A DNA stretch of 64,000 bases from an uncultured Armatimonadia bacterium (GTDB lineage Bacteria > Armatimonadota > Zipacnadia > Zipacnadales > UBA11051): contig CAZJVY010000006.1 in assembly GCA_964549395.1 (NCBI GenBank), positions 6,972 through 70,971 on the forward strand, written 5' to 3'. This document shows positions 56,824-64,000 of this stretch, piece by piece. The position numbers and the translations under genes were made by a program. The notes beneath the pieces were generated by a model, which saw nothing but the letters and a program-made list of their open reading frames with translations, was not told the DNA's origin and ran no database searches. The stretch's first letter is position 1, and each line of letters starts with the position of its first letter.

Positions 56824-57549
56824 ATGCAGAGGATACTGGTTGCGGCGGACATCCATGCGAATCTGCCGGCCTTTGAGGCGGTGGTGGATGGGGCAGGGCG
56901 TGTGGATGCGTGCATTGTCCTGGGTGATGTTGTGGGCTACGGGCCGCATCCTGCGGAGTGTATCAGTTTACTGAGCGAACTCGTTCACGAACTGCCTACA
57001 TGGGCGATTCTCGGCAACCACGACACGTGTGCACTGGAATATGCCGGCTCGTGGCAAGGCGGCGTAGTGGGGAATGGTGCGGAATGGGATGCATGGACTG
57101 CAGCGCAACTGGATGACGCCGCCGCTACCTTTCTCCGGCAACAGCCGCCGGACATTGCGGCGACCTTCCATGGAACCCCTACATACCTGTGCCACCACCA
57201 GTCGCCCCTCAGCAGCCACGTTGACGATGCCACAGTCGCCGAGGAATTGGAGACGTGGGAGCACGCGGAGGGCACGGCGTTGGTTCTGTTCGGCCATTTT
57301 CACCGACAGATTGACTGGCTGGTAGGGGACACGCGCATGGTCAACTCCGGAAGCGTCGGTCAACCGCGGGGGAATGACCCGACGGCGGCGTTCGCCATCT
57401 GGGAGCCGGCCGGGATCAGGTTCCAACGGGTGGCCTATGACGTTGACCGCACGGTAGCCGCACTGGCCGATATGCCCATGGCACCGCGCTATCGAGAGAC
57501 GTGGGAGATCAACTACCGCCGGGGCATAGTGGACCTCAGCAGGGAATGA
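56824..57549 (+). CDS. metallophosphoesterase (calcineurin-like)
   Basis: AADIHAN, LGDVVGYG, GNHD and LFGHFH motifs. Confidence 0.75.
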   Translation: MQRILVAADIHANLPAFEAVVDGAGRVDACIVLGDVVGYGPHPAECISLLSELVHELPTWAILGNHDTCALEYAGSWQGGVVGNGAEWDAWTAAQLDDAAATFLRQQPPDIAATFHGTPTYLCHHQSPLSSHVDDATVAEELETWEHAEGTALVLFGHFHRQIDWLVGDTRMVNSGSVGQPRGNDPTAAFAIWEPAGIRFQRVAYDVDRTVAALADMPMAPRYRETWEINYRRGIVDLSRE

Positions 57550-57641
57550 GCGACAGCAGAATGGGCATGTGCGCGGGCCGTTATGACCTTGCCTTCCACT
57601 GATGCCCAATCCATCCGCGCCATCTCCTGTGTGCTCTGTGC

Positions 57642-58703
57642 TCAGAAATCATTGAATGCCTGTACGACCTGCCCCGTCTTTATTGACTCCCATGCGGCAG
57701 AAGCAACCGCGATGGATTTTGCGCTGTCCAGGACGCTGGCGTATGGTTCGAGGTCATTGTCGAGGCAGTCCTGGAAGTGGCGCATATAGCGGATGACGCT
57801 GGCGCCCAGCCCGTAGGCGCTGAGATCGGTCTCCGGCTCGATATCAGCTACGAAGGGCTTGTGATCCGCGAGCTTGTCGAATACCACGCGCACCTGCCCC
57901 GGTTCATTGTCAGTGAAGCCGGTCTGCAGGCTGCCTTTGCTGGCGTAGATGCCGATCTGCATCATCGGCATGGGGGGATGGACGATGCCGTACAGCCCCG
58001 ACACCCGCCCGATGACGCCCGACTTGAACTTGACGTTGATGAAGAAGTTGTCCTCGAGCGGATAGCCCTCGGTAAGGTTGCCCTTGATGGCGTTGGCATG
58101 TACCGTATCCACATCTCCGGCGAAGGCGCGAATGGCCGCTATCGAGTGGACGCAGCCGCCATACAGGAAGTCCTGCGGCACGGTCAGCCGCCACGGGGTG
58201 AACTCGAAGACTGCACGCAGGTCGTGTACGTAGTGGCTCTCGACGGCGATAAGCTCGCCCAGGTCGCCGTCGTCGAAGAGCTTCTTGGCCATGCGGAATT
58301 GCCGGTCGAAGAGCATCGTCTCCCCGACGAGGAACTTGACGCCCTTCTCGCGCACGAGTTGGACAAGCTTCTGCGCATCTTGCAGGGATGCCACCATCGG
58401 CTTGGTGCAGACGACGTGCTTACCGGCTTCCAGGGCGGCGACGCAGTGTTCGGCGTGCAGGTAGTCGGGTGTGAAAACACAGACCACGTCCACATCATCG
58501 CGCTGGGCAAGCTCGCGGTAATCGAGCGTTCCGAAGGGGATGCGGAATTGCTGAATGCATCTGTCCAGCACCTCCTGTCGGCGGGCGCAGACCGCGGTGA
58601 TGTCATAACGCAGATCGGGCTCGTCCTTGAGAAGGACGAAGGTCGAAGCCATGTTCGTCGGCGACATGCCGACGATGCCGAGACGAATGGTGTCCTTTGT
58701 CAC
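57642..58703 (-). CDS. Gfo/Idh/MocA-family oxidoreductase
   Basis: RLGIVGMS Rossmann N-terminus. EAGKHVVCTKPM motif. Confidence 0.75.
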   Translation of the reverse strand: MTKDTIRLGIVGMSPTNMASTFVLLKDEPDLRYDITAVCARRQEVLDRCIQQFRIPFGTLDYRELAQRDDVDVVCVFTPDYLHAEHCVAALEAGKHVVCTKPMVASLQDAQKLVQLVREKGVKFLVGETMLFDRQFRMAKKLFDDGDLGELIAVESHYVHDLRAVFEFTPWRLTVPQDFLYGGCVHSIAAIRAFAGDVDTVHANAIKGNLTEGYPLEDNFFINVKFKSGVIGRVSGLYGIVHPPMPMMQIGIYASKGSLQTGFTDNEPGQVRVVFDKLADHKPFVADIEPETDLSAYGLGASVIRYMRHFQDCLDNDLEPYASVLDSAKSIAVASAAWESIKTGQVVQAFNDF

Positions 58704-58743
58704 CGTGCTATTCCTTCCTTTCAGGGCATAGGCTCAGGTTGTA

Positions 58744-60027
58744 CTACTGGCGGCCTGCCATGTGAGCTTCCAGCTTGGCCTTCAGTTCGGCCGCCTTCGC
58801 CGGCTCCCGATCGAGGACGTTGTGCCGCTCGCCGGGGTCAACGGCGAGATTGTAAAGCTCGTAGCTTCGCGTTCCGGCTACCGGATTCAGGTTCATGATG
58901 AGCTTCCATTCGAGCGTGCGCACACACCAGATGCGGCGCTCGTCGCCGGTGATAGCCTGCCAGCCGGCCGGCATCGTTTCCGCGTAGGCCTCCTCACGGA
59001 AGACATCGGTATCGCCATCAATGAGCGGCAGCGTCGAGGTGCCGTCATGGGGCAGTGTCAGCTCCAGGCCGAGAATGTCAAACAGCGTCGGCATTACGTC
59101 AATCTGCGAGATTTGCTGCGTGACTACCTTGCCTGCCGGCAGGCGCTTCGGGTAGTGCATGATGAGCGGGACGCGCAGGCACTCGTCATAGAGGGTGCCC
59201 TTCAGGTTGCAGGAAGTGTGGCCGACGTGCCCGCGCTCCAGCAACTCCTCGCCATGGTCCGAGATGATGACGATCAGCGTGTCGTCGAGTTGGTCCAGCT
59301 CCTCCAGCTTGGCGATCCAGCGGCCGACCATGTCGTCGAATACCCGCAACTCTCCATCATATAGCGCACGTATTCCGGGGGCGTCCTCAGGCTCGAACTC
59401 GACGACGGCGGTAGTGCGCTTGTGGGCGTCGTCGCCATCGCCGATGGGATCCTTGCGGCCGGCTTCCATGGCGGATTGCACATCGGGAGGGTGCAGGATC
59501 ATGCGCGTCCTGACGGTGTCCATGCGCGCAAGTGTGTCCGCGCCTGGCTGGAAGCCGCCATCCACGAACAGATCGTAGTACTCCTGGGGCGGGTCATAGG
59601 GAAGATGCGTCGGATAGGGCTGGGCGAAGTAGAACCACTGCCTGTCGCGATTGTGCTCCATGTACTGCTCGAGCCCCTCAGCGTCGCGCTCAAACCCAAG
59701 CGGCCGCCACCGGGTGACCAGCTCTCCGTCTATGAGGAAGCCGTTGTCTTCCAGGACATGCAAGGGCGTGTGGTGGCCCTTCCACAGTTCTCCGCTTATC
59801 CAGGGGTCGTAGTGAGCGGGGCTCATCAGGCCGTGTGTTGCCGTGGTCTGTCCGGTGATGATGGACACTACGGGCGGAAACGTATGCGTGGACACGGCGA
59901 TGCAGTTTTCGAAGCGGACGCCCTCGCGGGCAAGGCGGTCGCAGTGGGGCGTGGTGGGCTTCGCATAGCCATAGCACGACATGTGCGCGGGTCGCACGGC
60001 GTCCTCAAGTATGACCAGAATGTTCAT
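58744..60027 (-). CDS. sulfatase-like hydrolase/transferase (alkaline-phosphatase superfamily)
   Basis: N-terminal NILVILED...CYGY...TPHCDRLA layout. The canonical CxPxR FGly motif is not obvious. Confidence 0.6.
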   Translation of the reverse strand: MNILVILEDAVRPAHMSCYGYAKPTTPHCDRLAREGVRFENCIAVSTHTFPPVVSIITGQTTATHGLMSPAHYDPWISGELWKGHHTPLHVLEDNGFLIDGELVTRWRPLGFERDAEGLEQYMEHNRDRQWFYFAQPYPTHLPYDPPQEYYDLFVDGGFQPGADTLARMDTVRTRMILHPPDVQSAMEAGRKDPIGDGDDAHKRTTAVVEFEPEDAPGIRALYDGELRVFDDMVGRWIAKLEELDQLDDTLIVIISDHGEELLERGHVGHTSCNLKGTLYDECLRVPLIMHYPKRLPAGKVVTQQISQIDVMPTLFDILGLELTLPHDGTSTLPLIDGDTDVFREEAYAETMPAGWQAITGDERRIWCVRTLEWKLIMNLNPVAGTRSYELYNLAVDPGERHNVLDREPAKAAELKAKLEAHMAGRQ

Positions 60028-60045
60028 TCCGCAATGCCTCCGTCA

Positions 60046-61062
60046 TCATCCCGCCGAAGGAGCACCGTCTTCTTCGTGCCGCCAGACATTGCTGGGTCTG
60101 TCTGCGTATTTCATCGCCTGGGCTACGATGTCCACTCCGACCTCATCGCTCCAGGCCTGCAGAAGCGCCCGTGTCAACGGGCCGGGCACATGCTTCATCG
60201 CAACGTGATTCACCCGCGACAGCGGCAACATGCAGTATGATGAGGTGGTCCAGAAGCCCTCGTCGGCACCATACACATCGTACAGCGTCAGGTCCCGCTC
60301 CACCACCGGGATGCCCAGCTTGCCGGCGAGGTCAATGACGACCCGGCGGCTGATGCCTTCGAGAATGTTGCGGCTCGTAGCCGTGTAGAGCACCCCATCG
60401 GACGCAACGAAGAAGTTGGCGCCCGTGCCCTCGGTCACGTAGCCTTCGGTATCCAGCAGCAGGGCGAAGGCGTTCGGGTCAACCATCTTGGCCTCGAGCT
60501 TGGCCATGAAGTAGTGCAGGCGGAACCGCGTCTTGCCGCGCGGGTCCACGCATCCCGGCGGCACGTTGCGGGTATTTGACACTATCGCAGCCTTGCCCTC
60601 AGTGTAGCAATGAGCGTACTCGTCATAGGGCAGAGGGCTGACGTAGGCAATCACCGTGGGCTTGCCCTGCTTGCCGCTCATGATCGGATGTGGGAAGCCA
60701 AGCCCGGGTGTCACCTCTGCGCATACCCAGCAGTCATCATCCTCAGGGAAGTTGGCGATGTTGGCCTCGATGACCTGGTTGATGACATCGGCCATCTCAT
60801 CCTGTGTGACAAGCGGCTCGATACCCACATAGCGCATGGACTTCTCCAGGCGCTGGAGATGGTCCTTGAGCCGGAAGACCTCGTGCTTGAAGGTGCGCAC
60901 GGCCTCCATGAACACCGCACTATACATGAACCCGATATCGAAGATGGAGACCCGCGCCTCCGCCTCGGGCACCAGTTTGCCGTTCAGATACACCAATGTC
61001 TCCATAGTTGTCATCCTCCATCCGAATCGTGAGTGAGGCGTGTCTATCGCACTTGCCGGCAC
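60046..61062 (-). CDS. class IV aminotransferase (branched-chain / D-amino-acid aminotransferase family)
   Basis: YLNGKLVPEAEARVSIFD start and a conserved class-IV layout. The true start may be the downstream Met (METLVYL). Confidence 0.75.
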   Translation of the reverse strand: MPASAIDTPHSRFGWRMTTMETLVYLNGKLVPEAEARVSIFDIGFMYSAVFMEAVRTFKHEVFRLKDHLQRLEKSMRYVGIEPLVTQDEMADVINQVIEANIANFPEDDDCWVCAEVTPGLGFPHPIMSGKQGKPTVIAYVSPLPYDEYAHCYTEGKAAIVSNTRNVPPGCVDPRGKTRFRLHYFMAKLEAKMVDPNAFALLLDTEGYVTEGTGANFFVASDGVLYTATSRNILEGISRRVVIDLAGKLGIPVVERDLTLYDVYGADEGFWTTSSYCMLPLSRVNHVAMKHVPGPLTRALLQAWSDEVGVDIVAQAMKYADRPSNVWRHEEDGAPSAG

Positions 61063-61065
61063 GAC

Positions 61066-61929
61066 TCACGTACTTCTCGGTGCTCCCTTCACGTCAGGCG
61101 GAGCGCTATCCACAAGGTCAATGATCTCCCTGGCCCAGATAGTCCGCCGCGTCGAGCAGTATTCCAACAGCTTCTCCAATGTCGTGAACTCGTCGGCCAG
61201 ATACATGCAGATGGGATGCGCCAGGATGGTCGCGAGGCCGCCGTGCTGCTCGATTGCCTGGGCCTGTTTGAGCACCAGCTCGCCCCACTGCTCTATCGTG
61301 TAGGAGACGGCCCCGAAGGCATCGGCTCCGTAGCTGCGCCGGTTGGCGGCCTCAACAAACTCCCTCGTGCGGTGAGCATGATAGAGGTGATCATGGTCGG
61401 GAATGACGTTCATGGGGTGTGAGATCAGTCCGTTTTGTATGCGTTCGGGCCAGAGATTGTCGGCGGATATCTCGTCGGAGATGAGCTTGAGCCCGTAGTG
61501 TGCCAGTAGCGGGTAGGTGTTGGGGTCCACCTTGTAGCTGTGCGCCCGCCAGGAGATGGGCCGGTAGCCGATCTTCTTCTCGCACACTCTGACATTCGTC
61601 CGAATGTCCCACGCCTGGTAGAAACGCGGCCCGTTCCAGTTGCCCGTGCGTTCGCCGTACCAGTCGAACCAGGGCCGAGGCTGCCGGGCGCGGTAGCCGT
61701 GGCCCCCGACTTCCACCAAAGGTGATCTGACAACCGGCTCCAGGTCCTTCCACTCCTCGACGAAGCATTTGCCGCAGACATAGAGGGTCGTCTTGACACC
61801 GTACTGCTCCAGCAAGGCGAGATAGCGCTGTGCCACCTTGACCTCGGTGTCTCCGGGCACCGTCAGGTAGCGTTGGTCGTTACAGCGCAGCGACATGTGA
61901 TGGACGTCGCCGGTCAGGCAGATCATCAC
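61066..61929 (-). CDS. polysaccharide deacetylase-like / hypothetical hydrolase
   Basis: LTGDVHH and VGGHGY His motifs are weakly CE4-like. Confidence 0.4.
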   Translation of the reverse strand: MMICLTGDVHHMSLRCNDQRYLTVPGDTEVKVAQRYLALLEQYGVKTTLYVCGKCFVEEWKDLEPVVRSPLVEVGGHGYRARQPRPWFDWYGERTGNWNGPRFYQAWDIRTNVRVCEKKIGYRPISWRAHSYKVDPNTYPLLAHYGLKLISDEISADNLWPERIQNGLISHPMNVIPDHDHLYHAHRTREFVEAANRRSYGADAFGAVSYTIEQWGELVLKQAQAIEQHGGLATILAHPICMYLADEFTTLEKLLEYCSTRRTIWAREIIDLVDSAPPDVKGAPRST

Positions 61930-62004
61930 GTCTCCTCCAGGTGGATATGCGACACGTTCGGCCGCGATGTTGCCGGTCGGGTGACCTAGATCCCTGTCTG
62001 TCGC

Positions 62005-63981
62005 CTACCCGCTGCCATACGTTTCGTATGCGAATCTGGTCACGAATACAGTGTCGTGGCCCTTCTCAAGGCGCGTTATGCCGATCTCGCCGCCTGGCTC
62101 GACCCCGGTGTAGTCGTCCGTCACCACCTGGTAGAAGCGTTGCATTGCCGTGCCCCATTCGTCGCATACCGGTACGGACTGCAGTTGCCGTAGCGGGCCG
62201 AGCATGTGAGGGCTGGCCGGGTCGCCGGCATACACCTTGAAGGCGGACCTCTTATGATCGAGTACGGGCGGTGGCTCCACGGTTATGCCGCTGCCGTCCA
62301 CGTGCCTGACGAGCAGCCAATTGTTCATCAGGTGGGGATGGCCGTCGAGTCGCAGCAAGTAGCGGCCGCCGCCGAGTGCCTCCACACTGCGGATCGTGAA
62401 AGATGAGCGGTCCTCACGATGCTGGACGATCAGCGTCTGGCCGGCCAGTACTTCCCCCTTGACCGTCTCCCAGCCGTCCGGCGACGAGGCGCCGGCCTCG
62501 ATGAGCATGGTGTCTGCAGTGTCGTCAAAGTCCAGCAGGCGGCCGGTCAGCGCCGGCGCGCCCTTCAGCTCCAGTTCGAACTTGTCAGCTTTCAGATAGC
62601 TGCCTCCGGCCAGGAGCAGACTCGCCTTGCCATCTCGCGGAAATGATACCACGGCGAGGTCCGTGTCAGTGGCAATCGTATGCCCGCTGTCCTGTACTTG
62701 AACCACCGGCGGCGTATCCGGCCCCCCGTAGGCGATGACATAGTCAGTGCCGTGGATTGTGTCCACAGCCAGCCCCACAACGTAATCGTCGTCGGTGTGC
62801 AAGTCGAGCCGACGGACGCTCCGGACAAATGCCTCCTTCTCATACGGCTCGATGACCGCGACAAACTTGTCAATGCGAGGCGTGTTGAGCCTGCGCACGC
62901 ACAGGACTTTCATGCGGCGGTTGAGGTCCAGGTTCCTGAAATCCCGCTGTGCCGGCGCATCGCCCACGAACACCTGACTACCCGGCTCGTCCGCCATCCA
63001 CAAGCGCATGAAAACGTCTTCGTGAATGAGCGGCTGTTGGGCCGGCTGGCCTCGGTAGTCGTCAATTCGGGACCACACGGCGCGCCAGGAGCCGGTTGAC
63101 GTTCCGGTCGCGAGCTGCTTGATGTTCTTAGCGCCGAACCCCTCGGCGCAGCGGAACGTCCAGCCGCTGTGGTCGTAGAGATTAGTCTCGGGATCGGCCA
63201 GTGACTTCAAGTTGATGCCGTCTGCCTCGAAACTCAGGCCGTGAGAGTGAAAATAGTAGTCGTGGATGTCGCCGCCTCGACCTCGCGCTATGTCAATAAC
63301 GTACTGATGCTCCTCGGATGGCAGCATCAGCAGCACCTGGCGGCTGAACTCGCCGTTCTGCGTCTCGCCGAAGCGCGCCCAGTCGGCCTGGTCATACTCC
63401 GCCGTGTCAGCGACCTGGCACGTAGGGCTGCAGATGAAGTTGCGGCGCAGATCGCCGCGAATCTCCCGCGTGCCGTTTGGGTCGCCGTTCACCTTCCGCA
63501 GAGTCAGGCAGTTGTGCGCGGGGAATGTCTGAATCCAGTTGATGGTGAGGAAATGCCCCGAGCTGAGATATCCCAGGTCGGATGCCAATTCCTGCCCGCA
63601 CGCATGTACCATCAAGGTCTGGGCCGGCGGGTGGTAATGCCCTGTCTTCTTGGTGAAATCGAGGCAAGCCACGGTTTGCTTGGCGACCTGCCCGCCACGT
63701 AGTATCGCCTTGCGGCGGTCGTGCAGCAGCATGGGCGGCAGCGGCACATTGCGGTTGAAGCTAATCGCGACCTCTCCGCCTTGCTGCCGCTCGATATTGT
63801 AGTACTTCCGCTCTTCCTCGGGAATGCCCCCGCCGTACTTCTCAATGAAGCGCAACTGCACCGTATTCCGGCTTGCGGCGTAGTAGTTGGAGTCCTCCCA
63901 CGGTATATACAGATCGTCCTCAGTAGTTGCGTAGTAGGGCATCTTGAGGGCGCACCACTGGTACACGGGCATGCGGAACAT
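62005..63981 (-). CDS. heparinase II/III-like protein, divergent paralog 4 (no zinc ribbon; may extend beyond the window at its 5' end)
   Basis: GHYHPP...ELASDLGYL region aligns with the GHxHxD...LxxLGY region of the other three paralogs. There is no in-frame stop between the first ATG and the window edge. Confidence 0.5.
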   Translation of the reverse strand: MFRMPVYQWCALKMPYYATTEDDLYIPWEDSNYYAASRNTVQLRFIEKYGGGIPEEERKYYNIERQQGGEVAISFNRNVPLPPMLLHDRRKAILRGGQVAKQTVACLDFTKKTGHYHPPAQTLMVHACGQELASDLGYLSSGHFLTINWIQTFPAHNCLTLRKVNGDPNGTREIRGDLRRNFICSPTCQVADTAEYDQADWARFGETQNGEFSRQVLLMLPSEEHQYVIDIARGRGGDIHDYYFHSHGLSFEADGINLKSLADPETNLYDHSGWTFRCAEGFGAKNIKQLATGTSTGSWRAVWSRIDDYRGQPAQQPLIHEDVFMRLWMADEPGSQVFVGDAPAQRDFRNLDLNRRMKVLCVRRLNTPRIDKFVAVIEPYEKEAFVRSVRRLDLHTDDDYVVGLAVDTIHGTDYVIAYGGPDTPPVVQVQDSGHTIATDTDLAVVSFPRDGKASLLLAGGSYLKADKFELELKGAPALTGRLLDFDDTADTMLIEAGASSPDGWETVKGEVLAGQTLIVQHREDRSSFTIRSVEALGGGRYLLRLDGHPHLMNNWLLVRHVDGSGITVEPPPVLDHKRSAFKVYAGDPASPHMLGPLRQLQSVPVCDEWGTAMQRFYQVVTDDYTGVEPGGEIGITRLEKGHDTVFVTRFAYETYGSG

Positions 63982-64000
63982 GTTGATTGAGCCGGCCGCT

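Noticed and set aside
58744-60027. Calling the sulfatase-like gene a formylglycine-dependent arylsulfatase.
   Set aside because: The canonical C/S-x-P-x-R active-site motif is not evident in the expected position (CIAVSTHTFPPV). Only a superfamily-level call is supported.
1-64000. Searched for CRISPR arrays, tRNA/rRNA genes, transposases/integrases and obvious toxin-antitoxin or restriction-modification genes.
   Set aside because: No regularly spaced direct repeats, no tRNA-like or rRNA-like segments, and no transposase or integrase motifs were recognisable by eye. The window looks like core and accessory chromosome rather than a mobile island.

Overview
This is a 64 kb, high-GC (roughly mid-60s %) bacterial chromosomal window with densely packed, often start/stop-overlapping genes. 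The gene content (tandem prepilin-type DUF1559 proteins, many PQQ/BamB-like beta-propellers, sulfatase-like and Gfo/Idh/MocA genes, squalene-hopene cyclase) suggests a Planctomycetota/PVC-like genome; that assignment is inference only. Five blocks: (1) 336-5747: a B12-binding radical SAM gene, a lipoprotein gene ending in a 15-C homopolymer, and the first of four paralogous giant secreted heparinase II/III-like proteins carrying an embedded double CPxCG zinc ribbon. (2) 5962-13446: a T2SS/T4P-like operon with GspF and GspE, two small 2-TM proteins, three minor-pseudopilin-like genes and five tandem DUF1559-type prepilin paralogs. It is followed by heparinase-like paralog 2 at 13600-16749. (3) 17271-34638: a ~17 kb minus-strand co-directional array that I consider the most novel element. 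It combines a cytoplasmic Stn/HydBC-like flavin-FeS module (NuoE-NuoF fusion plus a NuoG-N-term/GltD-like subunit), a NapH/MauN-like membrane polyferredoxin, a Tat-exported NapG/MauM-like 4x[4Fe-4S] ferredoxin, a tiny Tat Cys-rich protein, an NHL lipoprotein, five BamB/PQQ-like beta-propellers (two membrane-anchored, one with collagen-like GXY repeats) and a MacB/FtsX-type ABC exporter. This is a candidate undescribed transmembrane electron-transfer system. (4) 35058-43603 (plus strand): a hopanoid-type module (4Fe-4S protein, B12-like radical SAM, squalene-hopene cyclase with a DxDDTA motif, a polyprenyl synthetase fused to an unknown Cys-containing N-domain, a half-size prenyltransferase/SQCY-repeat protein) and a GT4 glycosyltransferase. 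(5) 43628-63981: LPS/glycan-modification genes (nucleotidyltransferase-like, DegT, Gfo/Idh/MocA, CE4-like deacetylases, GT9 heptosyltransferase, RfaE domain-II heptose adenylyltransferase), heparinase-like paralogs 3 and 4, an M28/PA peptidase-like protein, a sugar-phosphate isomerase, a metallophosphoesterase, a sulfatase-like protein and a class IV aminotransferase. No rRNA, tRNA, CRISPR or transposase was recognised. Many long antisense ORFs in the track are high-GC artefacts.
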